This document shows, in pieces, positions 54,493 to 64,000 of a stretch of 64,000 nt of DNA. The first letter of the stretch is position 1; every line of letters begins with the position of its first letter. The notes under the pieces were generated by a model, which was given only the letters and a program-made list of their open reading frames with translations, was not told where the DNA came from and searched no databases. This stretch comes from Candidatus Hermodarchaeota archaeon (GTDB taxonomy: Archaea > Asgardarchaeota > Thorarchaeia > Thorarchaeales > Thorarchaeaceae): contig JBHLLF010000002.1 in the NCBI GenBank assembly GCA_048885865.1, forward strand, positions 128,001-192,000. Direction: 5' to 3'. Both the position numbers and the translations under genes were made by a program.

Positions 54493-56493
54493 GTGGAGCA
54501 TGTCAGCGAGCCTCGCTTTCGAAGAGGCACAGCACTTCTCGTCATCTCAGTCATCTTTGTTGCTGCTTTTGCTATTATCGTGATAATCCCTCGCAGTTCA
54601 GACCAACCTAGCTTGAATGTGAGAGTCTGCATTATTGATTCGGGAATCAACAAGGACAGCTATTTGCGTCCTAGAGTAATTCTAGAAAGTAGCTTTATCA
54701 ACACGTCCTATGGGTATTCAATCAATTTGAATTCAACCACAGATAGTCTCCCACTATATACTCCTCATGGAACTTACGTCGCACAGATAATCGCCCGTGA
54801 TGCGCCGGATGCAGCTATCGTGAATGCGAAGGTCGTCACTTCAAATAACACGGCGACTGTGGAATCTATTGTTGCTGCAATCCAATGGGCTGTCGAAGAT
54901 GCAGAATGTGATGTAATCAACCTGAGTATCGGCACATATCCCTACATTCAGGGAACGCTCCGTGATGCAGTGAGATGGGCTTTCTACAGGGGGGTGACTA
55001 TTGTAGCCGCAGCTGGAAACGATGGCCAGGGCGGAATCGCTGGAACTTCTGTCGATTCCCCCGCCGTCTATCCTGAAGTCATTGCTGTCGCAGCTGTGAA
55101 TGAGGGCGGAATACCCTATGACTTCTCCGCCCGAGGACCACTAAGAAACAGAACCATCAAGCCAGACATCGTCGCGAACGGATTTTATTCCACAAATGGG
55201 GCTGCTGGAGTGTTTGGTACAAGCTTTGCGGCTCCTGTGGTGGCTTCCGCGGCAGCAAACATAATCAATTTCTGTGAGGAGAACGAGTGGTCTTGGACCC
55301 CAGGAATGATAAAGGCTGTTTTGATGTCAACTGCTACATACCTATCATCTGAGGCTTGGGAAGTTGGCGCCGGACTATTGAACAGCGAGCGAGCAATTGG
55401 GCTTGTCAATAACGTAGCCAAGAGAAACAGACTCCCAATGGTCGCATATCTGATGCCTGCTGCGGGCCCATTCGCGTTTGAGAGATGGTTTGTAAACTCA
55501 TCAATCATAATAACGGGTTCTGTGTTCTGCAGCCGCAATACCTTGTTCACAATTATTTATAGTGGCACTGCAGCTGATTGGGTTCACGGGCCAGCAACAA
55601 TTCGAATCAATCAAACTGGCTCTTTTGAGTTCTCTATCGAAATCACTAGTAATGAAACTCTGGAAGGTCAGATGCTATCTGCAACCCTTTCTTCATCAGC
55701 CTATAGCAATCTACGTACACGAATGACCTTTGATGCCGCACTTCCATTTGCGAGGATTGCATTTGATATCAGCCATTCTCCTTGGCTGACGGATTCAATT
55801 TACGGTCAATTTCGAGAGATGTACTCACTACTGACATCTTCTGGAATCGCAGTTGAGGAGATCAGATTCGAGTCCGATATAACTCCTGAGAATCTTGGTC
55901 GTTATGAAGCAATCTTCATCCTAGATCCCTGTGCCTGGGGATATAGGTACGAACAAGGAAACGTATGGTCAAGGCAATCATTCACCTATTCTCAGTCTGA
56001 GAAGGATGCATATCTTGGGTACTGGAATTCAGGAGGGAGTATTCTTGTTATTGGGATGGGAAACAGAAGTCTTGATTTGGAATCGGCAAATGGACTCCTC
56101 TCACTCTTTGGGTTCCGACTCAACTATGACAGCATTCCTAGAATTACAATTGAGGTGGGCGGCATATCTTCCACACTCCTTATCACAGATCTCATGAATC
56201 ATACAACTACTGAGGATATAGAATCATTCGATTTTGTTGGATGCTCGATTAACTATACTGGCAATGCATATCCTTTGGCGCAAGCCGAACTGTCATTTCC
56301 GGATGAATACGGCATAATTCATAGTGAGAATTATACCGTGATGGCTGCATTGGAAGGGGTGCTAGGCGGACGAATGATTGTGTCGGGAACGAATTTCATG
56401 TTCGACAATTGGGGAATAGAAGGATACTATCAATCAGAAGATAATGATCGATTTACACTTCAGATAGCATATTGGTTGATTGGAGTGATCTAG
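54493..56493 (+). CDS. Membrane-anchored S8 subtilase with site-1-protease-like C-terminal domain
   Basis: IDSG, HGT, AAGN, GTSFAAP triad; N-terminal TM; C-terminal FDISH...DSIYGQFREMYSLL..SGIAVEE...GGSIL domain. Confidence 0.88.
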   Translation: MEHVSEPRFRRGTALLVISVIFVAAFAIIVIIPRSSDQPSLNVRVCIIDSGINKDSYLRPRVILESSFINTSYGYSINLNSTTDSLPLYTPHGTYVAQIIARDAPDAAIVNAKVVTSNNTATVESIVAAIQWAVEDAECDVINLSIGTYPYIQGTLRDAVRWAFYRGVTIVAAAGNDGQGGIAGTSVDSPAVYPEVIAVAAVNEGGIPYDFSARGPLRNRTIKPDIVANGFYSTNGAAGVFGTSFAAPVVASAAANIINFCEENEWSWTPGMIKAVLMSTATYLSSEAWEVGAGLLNSERAIGLVNNVAKRNRLPMVAYLMPAAGPFAFERWFVNSSIIITGSVFCSRNTLFTIIYSGTAADWVHGPATIRINQTGSFEFSIEITSNETLEGQMLSATLSSSAYSNLRTRMTFDAALPFARIAFDISHSPWLTDSIYGQFREMYSLLTSSGIAVEEIRFESDITPENLGRYEAIFILDPCAWGYRYEQGNVWSRQSFTYSQSEKDAYLGYWNSGGSILVIGMGNRSLDLESANGLLSLFGFRLNYDSIPRITIEVGGISSTLLITDLMNHTTTEDIESFDFVGCSINYTGNAYPLAQAELSFPDEYGIIHSENYTVMAALEGVLGGRMIVSGTNFMFDNWGIEGYYQSEDNDRFTLQIAYWLIGVI

Positions 56494-56495
56494 AA

Positions 56496-56879
56496 TTAGA
56501 GCAGCGGAGCGATGCTGTCACAGGCCGTCTTTGCTGCGTAGACAAGCAAGCCAGTTTTCATGCTTTTTGCTGCAGCCAAGACAAGAATCGCTTTCTCTCC
56601 GGCGCTTTTCATAATCATGAGGCCTTTCTGATTTGTGAGGAGAACCTCTTCAAGCATTCCTTGCTCCATTCGTTCTGCTGCAAGGTCCGCAACTCCCAAG
56701 ATTGAAGCTGCCATCGCTGCGATTTCAGCCTCTTCAAGTCCCTGTGGGACGGCAGATGCAATAGGTAGGCCTTCTTTTGAAAGTAACATCCATGCCTTTA
56801 CTCCGGTGGCAAGTGAGGTCGCCTCTTCCATGATTTGCCGAAGCTTCCCCTGTAGCTCTTCGAATGCTGGGTCAAACAT
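56496..56879 (-). CDS. Roadblock/LC7 domain protein
   Basis: LLSKEGLPIAS...IAAMAASI...G.L. Start ATG 56879. Confidence 0.9.
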   Translation of the reverse strand: MFDPAFEELQGKLRQIMEEATSLATGVKAWMLLSKEGLPIASAVPQGLEEAEIAAMAASILGVADLAAERMEQGMLEEVLLTNQKGLMIMKSAGEKAILVLAAAKSMKTGLLVYAAKTACDSIAPLL

Positions 56880-57046
56880 GAAGGCCTCACTCCACACGTA
56901 AGGTACTAGCGGGACTGAGAATGGAAAGCGTATTAATAAAGTTTGATAACATATCTTGGTCGTACAAATCAATGCGGCGTTTATCTGATGATTGGAGAGC
57001 GAGAATCAGTCAAAGACATGTTTTCTCCGTTTGCATGGTGAGTGAT

Positions 57047-57661
57047 ATGTTTGATATACACGAAATAGACTCGGATATCGAACAGAAGTTTCACAGCGAA
57101 TGGAAAAAAGGTGTTCGCGTGTTAGGTGTTTCAGAGAGCTTTAAGCGCGGTGATGAAAGGAGCATAGCAGTGGGCGTTGTGATGAGGGGCGATATGCGGA
57201 TAGATGGAATGGGATTCTGTGAGCCCAAGGTGGGAGGTACAGATGCGACAGAGAAGCTAGTTGGCATGTACTCACGATTGGCAAGAGAAGACATCAGGGT
57301 GTGGTTGCTAGGTGGCTGCATTATATCATGGTTTAATGTCGTCGATTCTGTGAGGTTACATGAAGGCACAGGAGTACCCGTCGTATGCCTCTCTTACAAT
57401 CCGTCAGAGGGCATAGAGAGGTACTTCCGTGAATACTTCCCGGATGATTGGCAGAGTAGAATCGATATGATGGATAGAGGCGGTCAGAGGCAAGAGGTTT
57501 CTTTGAAAACTGGCCACTCTGTATTTCTAACCACATCTGGAATCACACTTGATAAGGCACGAAAGCTTGTGGATCAATTCACCTTGGATGGTCGGGTTCC
57601 AGAGCCTATTCGTATTGCAAGAATCATCGCAGCGGCTCGAAGACGTGATGGACCACCGTAG
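57047..57661 (+). CDS. DUF99 (endonuclease V-like) family protein
   Basis: RVLGVSES, VGGTDAT, GCIISWFNVVD, GRVPEPIRIA. Confidence 0.85.
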   Translation: MFDIHEIDSDIEQKFHSEWKKGVRVLGVSESFKRGDERSIAVGVVMRGDMRIDGMGFCEPKVGGTDATEKLVGMYSRLAREDIRVWLLGGCIISWFNVVDSVRLHEGTGVPVVCLSYNPSEGIERYFREYFPDDWQSRIDMMDRGGQRQEVSLKTGHSVFLTTSGITLDKARKLVDQFTLDGRVPEPIRIARIIAAARRRDGPP

Positions 57662-57662
57662 G

Positions 57663-58283
57663 TCAGGTTTCATTCGCGAGATGTTTCTCGTGTTCCCTGC
57701 ATAGTGAGTTGTAGATATCGACAGCTAATGCAACATCCAATCTCTCCAGCCGCAGTCGACTCGATTCGAAGAAGCCTGTAAGACTGCTTGGCGCCACGCC
57801 TGACCTCTCAAGCGCCACAGCATGGATAAGCATGTCCAGAATATCACTCGAAATAACAACTCGTGCTTCTAGAGAGGTTTGCTTCTGAATCTCATCCCAA
57901 AAGGTGAGTAGTGATGATCCTGCCTTACCTAACAGATCGAGGATTCTTGACATCGCTTCGGTTTCGGCTTTTGCTTTAATTCTCATCTGTATTTGGCTAT
58001 CAGGAGCATCTCGATCAATGACCACATCCGATGTTTCAGATTCAGCAAGGTCATGCAGAATTGCCATGGTCAGGATTTTGCCAACATCTATCTTGACCCC
58101 ATTTTGCTCACACTGCTTTGCGAGGAGAAGTGAGATTAGCGCTGTGCCAAATGAATGTTCAGCCACAGACTCGACCTGACTTCCGTCAAGACCCGCGAGA
58201 ATCCACCCAGTTCTATTCAGATTCTTGAGCACCTCGCCTTTCATTGCTAGCTCAATAATCTCTTCTGTATTCATATTCATCAC
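57663..58283 (-). CDS. HD-domain phosphohydrolase (YfbR/HDDC2-like)
   Basis: LK...RTGW...ESVAEHS...HDLAE...D. Confidence 0.88.
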   Translation of the reverse strand: MMNMNTEEIIELAMKGEVLKNLNRTGWILAGLDGSQVESVAEHSFGTALISLLLAKQCEQNGVKIDVGKILTMAILHDLAESETSDVVIDRDAPDSQIQMRIKAKAETEAMSRILDLLGKAGSSLLTFWDEIQKQTSLEARVVISSDILDMLIHAVALERSGVAPSSLTGFFESSRLRLERLDVALAVDIYNSLCREHEKHLANET

Positions 58284-58333
58284 CTATAGGATAAGGAAAT
58301 GGGGGCATGCACCCCCTCAACTCACCTTGTTTC

Positions 58334-59422
58334 TTAGGAGTCATCTACCGTAATTGTGCCGTTGATTATTTGCCCAGCGTACTCCCAAGCGGCATTAATG
58401 TAAGTATCATCGACAATTGTAGTACTGAACTCAAAGTCCGTAATGTTGACACCTTGGTTGGCCAAATTGAAGTTCTCTGAGATTCCTCCAGGGAACATGT
58501 TCCAGAGTGTTGCATTCACGATATTGACTGCAGCTATATCATATCTTGGGACCACACTCGTCACAATCCAGCTGGGTCCTGATCTCACCAATGGATCCCG
58601 ATTTCCATAGTAGTCAAGATTCATCTCAGCCCCTATTACCAAAGGCTTCCTATTGGTCAATGCCAAGTCATAGAATGTGTCATTAGCGGCCTGCATTCCA
58701 GCCCTGACACCCTCAATACTCGCTCTAACAGGTGCGAATATGATTGAACAGAAATCGGTGGTGAAGAGGGTGTTGGTCATGGTTTCCGCAGTTGCACTGT
58801 CATTGTAACTACCTACATATCGAGGTGTGAGGACTTCCACATTCAGCCCATAGGCTAGTGTTGCGGTATCCACTCCATGTTCAAAACCCGCAATCATGCG
58901 AAGGACATCGTAGTCGGTGGCTACTGAACCAAGTATTCCGATAGTGCCGTTGTAAGGGTCTTCATCTGCAACCAATGCTGCAATGATTCCTGCAAGAAAG
59001 GCAGCTTCATGGATATCAAATGTTGCAGATGCTACATTGTCAAGATTGACCAGACCCCCAATAATGGCGAATTTTTGCGTGGGGTGCTCATTTGCAACAT
59101 TCTGGAGTTCATCCTGAAGTTCTTGGCCCACGACAATAATCAGAAGATAGTTGCCAGAGGCTGCAAGGCTCTCCATGAGTGTTTCTGCTTCGGCTTCTGT
59201 GGCAGGAGGATCAGGACGATAATACCGCACCAATATATTCTCAGTTAATCCCTCATCCACTTGATCAGCTCTGCCCATATCTCCAAAACCTGGGTTCATT
59301 ACAACAACTGCAATGGAAGCTGGCTCATACTGAGCTGTCAGAAACAAAATGCCGCCCACCGATCCAAAGACAATGACTGCTATCAATATTGATGCTAGCG
59401 TACCTGACCTCGAGCTGCTCAA
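58334..59422 (-). CDS. BMP-family (PnrA/Med-like) ABC substrate-binding protein
   Basis: GFGD, EHPTQKFAII, NVASATF..HEAAFLAG, GFEHG, TSVV.RYD; N-terminal TM. TTG 59422 behind GGAGG. Confidence 0.82.
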   Translation of the reverse strand: MSSSRSGTLASILIAVIVFGSVGGILFLTAQYEPASIAVVVMNPGFGDMGRADQVDEGLTENILVRYYRPDPPATEAEAETLMESLAASGNYLLIIVVGQELQDELQNVANEHPTQKFAIIGGLVNLDNVASATFDIHEAAFLAGIIAALVADEDPYNGTIGILGSVATDYDVLRMIAGFEHGVDTATLAYGLNVEVLTPRYVGSYNDSATAETMTNTLFTTDFCSIIFAPVRASIEGVRAGMQAANDTFYDLALTNRKPLVIGAEMNLDYYGNRDPLVRSGPSWIVTSVVPRYDIAAVNIVNATLWNMFPGGISENFNLANQGVNITDFEFSTTIVDDTYINAAWEYAGQIINGTITVDDS

Positions 59423-59583
59423 GATGGTTCCTCCATCGTCGCTGTTCTCCAAGGTGGCTGTTCTTAAACCTATTGGCATGAGTAGAGTCACACGTGCTTG
59501 AGTATAATAGATGGATGACAGAATCTTGGAGAGCATGAGTTATAAATATCTGAAGTCCTAACCAGTGAGTAGAGATTCGTGAG

Positions 59584-60309
59584 ATGAAGAAAATGGCCCA
59601 GAGAACGCTTGCTGAGGTGGCCACCCTTCTTGAAGAAACACTTGAGATTCACAAGTCGGTGACACACGTTGTCCTCTCTACTAAAGAAGGTGTAGTTGTC
59701 GCATCAGTCTGCCGGGAGAATGAGATGGACTCAAAAATCATCTCTACGGTTGCAGCCGCACTTGTATGGGCAGGAGCTACTGCATTGGACTCCATCGGCT
59801 CATCCAGCCCTGCATACCTTGTCCACTCAACAACTATTGAACGTATCATCACAATCCTCCAACCAAATTATCTATTGGTAGTGATTATATCGAAGGCTAA
59901 TGATGCAGGTCTGGATTTACAGAAGATTTTGCCAACTCTTCAATCTCTTGCTACAAGAATGGAGCTTGTTATGGGCTCAACCAGCACTTTTGGACAGCAG
60001 ACTACATTGGGGCGAATTGTTGAAGAACTTCCTGAAATAACTCAGACAATGTTGCTGACAGAGGAGGGTCTTCCATTGGGATCAGTTGGATTTGAGAATA
60101 CAATCGAGCTTGCTGGGCTTGCGAGTTCGATTTTCTCAAACGGCTTGACATTCTCTGAACAGACTGAGTATATTTCATTCGCCGCAGGTACAACTGAACT
60201 GATGGTTGTTCGAGTTGACGAGAATCGTCTTTTACTTGTCGCTTGCCGTGATCAGAATCCAGCTGAACTGGCATCAAAAGTGAGGAATATTTTGGACGGT
60301 TTATCCTAG
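59584..60309 (+). CDS. Tandem roadblock/LC7-like domain protein
   Basis: Two repeats: VLSTKEGVVVAS...ISTVAAAL and LLTEEGLPLGS...LAGLASSI. Confidence 0.75.
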   Translation: MKKMAQRTLAEVATLLEETLEIHKSVTHVVLSTKEGVVVASVCRENEMDSKIISTVAAALVWAGATALDSIGSSSPAYLVHSTTIERIITILQPNYLLVVIISKANDAGLDLQKILPTLQSLATRMELVMGSTSTFGQQTTLGRIVEELPEITQTMLLTEEGLPLGSVGFENTIELAGLASSIFSNGLTFSEQTEYISFAAGTTELMVVRVDENRLLLVACRDQNPAELASKVRNILDGLS

Positions 60310-60311
60310 AC

Positions 60312-61013
60312 CTACACCCTCGCCTTTTCGGTGGGGACTTCTGCATCCGCCATCTCTTCATCGTCAAAGAACTGGAAATCCCACTCTCTAAGATTGATTG
60401 TGATAAAGCAGTCTTTTCCTCTCTCAGGACAGTCAATTCGGATTGTGACATGGTCCTCTGTTGATTCGCGGATCTCTGGATTCATGCAGCCATCTTCAAG
60501 TTTCTCCAAGAGGAACATAACAAATGCCTCTGAGATTGTATTCAGACTACCCTCCATGAGTGCTTGGCCTAGTTCATCTAGGAAATGCTTCTTCTTTCTG
60601 CCTTCCTTTTCAACTCTGCAAAGCCCTACCTCTTCCATTCTCGACACATGCCATCTGACAGTGTCATGATGAACCCCGAGGTTCTCCGCCATTTGCTCCT
60701 GGTAACATCCCGGATTGTTCACTATAAATGCGAAGATCTTCTGAGCGGTTTCACTTCGCATAGTAAGATATGCCATCTCTGCTTCTCTAGACCTGAGCAT
60801 TTTTGGATAGTAGAGGCGCTTTCCAGCAAACTTGATTGATTTGACGAGACCTTCGCGTTCCAGAATTCTGAGATGCCATGTAAGAGTGCCAAGAGGTGAT
60901 TCGAGCATCTCAACTAACTCTAGCAAATATGTGCCCGGATTTTCACAAAGGACCTGGTAAAGGTCTCTTCGGAACGGATGGAGAAGCAATGCCATGCGTT
61001 TCTGCCTTCCCAT
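60312..61013 (-). CDS. Double winged-helix (ArsR-like) transcriptional regulator
   Basis: Two repeats of NPG...E...L......WHL..LE..GL. Confidence 0.85.
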   Translation of the reverse strand: MGRQKRMALLLHPFRRDLYQVLCENPGTYLLELVEMLESPLGTLTWHLRILEREGLVKSIKFAGKRLYYPKMLRSREAEMAYLTMRSETAQKIFAFIVNNPGCYQEQMAENLGVHHDTVRWHVSRMEEVGLCRVEKEGRKKKHFLDELGQALMEGSLNTISEAFVMFLLEKLEDGCMNPEIRESTEDHVTIRIDCPERGKDCFITINLREWDFQFFDDEEMADAEVPTEKARV

Positions 61014-61170
61014 CTTAAAACCTCTCGTCCTGCTCCCTCACAATCATCAATGAAGGGTAATAAAAGGGCTTCTGTCTTTGGTCTAAATTCGTACATATAT
61101 CAAACATGCAGAATCCTTAATTAAGCCATCACCGGGTTTACAACTATTGCGCTACCAACGAGGGTCTACT

Positions 61171-63003
61171 TTGTGCGGAATAACCGGTATTGTGAGTATG
61201 AATCGCAATAACATCGGCGAGATTCTGATCGAGTGCAGCAGAAAATTGACCTACCGAGGATACGACTCCGTGGGTCTTGCGGCAGTCCACAATGGCAAAG
61301 TAGAGCTAAGAAAGGATGTTGGCACAATTGACGAGGTCAACAAACTCCTCAGTCTATCAAAGATGCCTGGAGATCGGGGAATCTCTCAGCTCAGATGGGC
61401 AACCTATGGTGCTCCTACGAAGATTAATGCCCAGCCGCATTTTGCATGTGACAATATTCTGTTTGGAGCACATAATGGCAACCTTCACAACTATGTTGAG
61501 TATCGACAAGAGCTGGTTGATACTGGACATGTCGTTCGATCTGAGAATGACGGTGAGCTGTGTGTTCATGCTGTCGATAAATATTATGAACAAACCGGGG
61601 ACATCTTTGAAGCTGTGCGCCTATCCGTAAACGACCTCAAGGGTGCATACGCGTATGCAGTTGGTCGGGCTGACTTGCGTGAGATTTATGCAGTGAAGAT
61701 GGGTTCCTCTCTTGTTGCTGGAATAGCAGAGGAGGATACTATTGTTTCAAGCGACCTGCCTTCAATCCTTCCGCTCACGAATAACGTTGTATATCTTCAG
61801 GACGGGGAAATGCTTAGGCTGACACCTAATGATGTTGAAGTCTTTAGAATCAAGGACGGCAAACGTCTATCTAGAGAGCCTGAGGTAAGCACCGTCGACG
61901 CACGTGCGGCGGAGAAGGGTGGATATCCTCACTTCATGCTCAAGGAAATTAATGAACAGCCCAAGGTGGCAGAGGATGTAATAGGGGTTCTGCAAGGGTC
62001 TCAAACCGATCAATGGCTCAGAATGATTGAAGACGCCTCCAGACACTATTTGGTTGCTTGTGGAACCTCCTATCATGCCGGAATAGTGGGGGCCTACTAT
62101 TTCAACAAATATGCAGGCATTCCCTTGATTCCAGCAATTGGTGGACAGTTCATTCCAATGTATGGGAACACTATGACCGATGATTGCCTGTCCATCCTTG
62201 TATCTCAATCAGGGGAAACCAAGGATATCATCAATGTACTTAATCTAGCCAAAGAGAAAAATGTGGGGCAAACTCTAGGAATTGTAAATGTTATTGGAAG
62301 CACTTTGATGTTTGGAGCCAATGCCTACATCCCCATGGCTTGTGGGTACGAGGTTAGTGTTCCTGCAACCAAGACATACTACTCACAGAATATCATCTTC
62401 GCATATCTTGCTGCACGACTTGGTGAAAGAAATGGAACTCTAGATCCTTCCGAGGCCAAAGCTTTCATCAGCACACTATCCAAGGACCTGCCTCGTCTTA
62501 CCCAAGACACGATAAACCGGACCAGTATCCAGGCAAAAGACCTTGCACGGACTTTGGTTAATGTCAAAGACCTGTATTGCTTGGGATATGGGTTTACGGA
62601 TGGTGTAGCTCGGGAAGGCGCGCTGAAGATAAAGGAGATCGTGTATAATCACTGTGAGGGAATGTATTCGAGCGAGTTCAAACACGGACCGCTGAGCATT
62701 GTTCAGGATGGATACCCTGTGATTTTTGTTACAACTCGTGAGGACAGCTGGATGGTTATTAATCACCTGAGTGAAGTCAGGGTTCGGGGAGGACGAACCA
62801 TCATAGTTGGTGAATATGAGGAAAAGCTTAGACATTACGTAGATTCAGATTTTGATTATATGGTGGTTCCGAAATCCAATCTTTTTCTAAATCCAATTCT
62901 GGATGTGATACCACTGCAGCTACTGAGCTACTTCCTTTCGGTTGATTTGGGGATAAATCCTGATTTCCCTAGGAATCTGTCAAAGACACTTACAGTTGAC
63001 TAA
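61171..63003 (+). CDS. glmS: Glutamine--fructose-6-phosphate aminotransferase (isomerising)
   Basis: TTG start gives M-CGI, YRGYDS, RWAT, SQSGET, ALKIKE, EFKHGP, PRNLSKTLTVD. Confidence 0.93.
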   Translation: MCGITGIVSMNRNNIGEILIECSRKLTYRGYDSVGLAAVHNGKVELRKDVGTIDEVNKLLSLSKMPGDRGISQLRWATYGAPTKINAQPHFACDNILFGAHNGNLHNYVEYRQELVDTGHVVRSENDGELCVHAVDKYYEQTGDIFEAVRLSVNDLKGAYAYAVGRADLREIYAVKMGSSLVAGIAEEDTIVSSDLPSILPLTNNVVYLQDGEMLRLTPNDVEVFRIKDGKRLSREPEVSTVDARAAEKGGYPHFMLKEINEQPKVAEDVIGVLQGSQTDQWLRMIEDASRHYLVACGTSYHAGIVGAYYFNKYAGIPLIPAIGGQFIPMYGNTMTDDCLSILVSQSGETKDIINVLNLAKEKNVGQTLGIVNVIGSTLMFGANAYIPMACGYEVSVPATKTYYSQNIIFAYLAARLGERNGTLDPSEAKAFISTLSKDLPRLTQDTINRTSIQAKDLARTLVNVKDLYCLGYGFTDGVAREGALKIKEIVYNHCEGMYSSEFKHGPLSIVQDGYPVIFVTTREDSWMVINHLSEVRVRGGRTIIVGEYEEKLRHYVDSDFDYMVVPKSNLFLNPILDVIPLQLLSYFLSVDLGINPDFPRNLSKTLTVD

Positions 63004-63386
63004 TCCTTGTCACCCGTTTCGCCAATTCTAATGGCTCTCATCTCAGAAGAAATAACATTTCCTGCATCAAAGCCCTCACGAATATCGACGACCTCATCAT
63101 CATCTATTTCAAATACCCCGATGAGCTGAGTTTCATCACCCAAGGCCCACTGTCCATAAATCAGCTTATTCTCAGTAGTTTCACACTCCAACAGGCCCAT
63201 TGTGCCTGTGCTGGACCACCAGCTTAGACACTTCCCTTGGTATCCCATTTGAAGTATCAATTCGTCCCAAAGCTTTCCCAGCCTAGTTGGTCCGTGCTTG
63301 TTTCTAAATGTGATTAGAATATGCCCTCGCTTTTCTTTCAGTTCTTCGTTGATCGAGTGCATCTCTCTATCTGTAAACAGTGGCAT
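63000..63386 (-). CDS. Hypothetical protein
   Basis: 128-aa ORF convergent with glmS, fills the gap. Confidence 0.55.
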   Translation of the reverse strand: MPLFTDREMHSINEELKEKRGHILITFRNKHGPTRLGKLWDELILQMGYQGKCLSWWSSTGTMGLLECETTENKLIYGQWALGDETQLIGVFEIDDDEVVDIREGFDAGNVISSEMRAIRIGETGDKD

Positions 63387-63475
63387 CTATCTTCATTCTA
63401 CTCAAATCTTGATGAGTTAAAAGCCCCTCGCTATGGATATAAGCTACAACATTCTATACCGGATTGGTCTTAATC

Positions 63476-64000
63476 ATGAATAAGGAGCGGCTCTCACGAA
63501 TTGGACTCTTCTCATCGGACCCTTGGTCGTCGAGAGTTCAAGGTCTAGAGAATGCTCTCCAGAATCTTAACGTAAGTTCCCTTCGTGTGATTCCATGGAA
63601 GGTAGCTCGAATCGGATCGACAGATGAGCACCATATCATTTCAGAAGGGGTGGACCTGACTGAGCTTGATTTGCTTCTAGTACTCGATTTGGGGGCAAAT
63701 GATATTGGAGCCTTCTTCAATCGAGTAGGGCTTTTGTCAGCGCTTGCTGAGCTGGGTGTCACGATAGTGAATTCGGTTTCATCAATCCTGCTTATGCGTA
63801 ATAAATCTGAAACGATGAGAAAACTTGTTTCAGCGAAGTTGCCAGTTCCTCGAACATTGATTACAGAGTCTATGGATGATGCCGCAGCTTTCGTTCAGGA
63901 GAATTTTCCTTGTGTTCTCAAACCCATAACTGGGTTTGGTGGTCTTGGAGTCCAACTAATTGAGAAAGACTTCGACTTGGAGAATATCTATGACTATCTC
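63476..64000 (+). CDS. RimK/LysX-family ATP-grasp ligase (truncated by window edge)
   Basis: Manual translation MNKERLSRIG...GVTIVNS...RNK...LPVPRT...PCVLKPITGFGGLGV. Confidence 0.85.
   Translation, partial: MNKERLSRIGLFSSDPWSSRVQGLENALQNLNVSSLRVIPWKVARIGSTDEHHIISEGVDLTELDLLLVLDLGANDIGAFFNRVGLLSALAELGVTIVNSVSSILLMRNKSETMRKLVSAKLPVPRTLITESMDDAAAFVQENFPCVLKPITGFGGLGVQLIEKDFDLENIYDYL

Noticed and set aside
52370-59422. ABC-2 permease and BMP protein as one transporter
   Set aside because: Exporter-type permease and importer-type binding protein, 5 kb apart on opposite strands, with no ATPase in the window.
813-63762. Numerous 60-220 aa antisense or alternate-frame ORFs in the track (e.g. 813-1355, 11244-11915, 24658-25251, 41245-41841)
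   Set aside because: They overlap well-supported genes and have Ser/Pro-rich shadow composition without motifs.

Overview
Gene-dense archaeal window, most likely from an Asgard archaeon (inferred from archaeal-type pheST and aRF1, two roadblock/LC7 genes and GGAGG/GGTG Shine-Dalgarno motifs). Housekeeping flanks (pheT-pheS, aRF1 on the left; alkA, HD, DUF99, glmS, rimK-like on the right) enclose a catabolic island of about 37 kb (8.5-45 kb). The island encodes a glycyl-radical enzyme linked to KdgK and bacterial-type Eda, a non-pyrrolysine MttB with its corrinoid protein, a UroD/MT2-like methyltransferase, a Mer-like LLM, an AOR, a SAMP/MoaD protein, two DUF917 proteins and a racemase. Its most striking feature is a four-gene module present twice: a head-to-head nucleotidyltransferase/metallophosphoesterase pair, an unnamed 2-TM protein and an APC permease. 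This looks like an undescribed nucleotide writer/eraser system tied to solute uptake. Other highlights are a Cas4-like nuclease split into two membrane-anchored halves, a site-1-protease-like subtilase facing a CPBP intramembrane protease, a catalytically degenerate HARE-HTH/Mrr protein, a divergent MIPS-fold enzyme and a cytoplasmic C25 peptidase. I saw no rRNA, tRNA, CRISPR array or transposase. All assignments come from motif recognition by eye; no searches were run.
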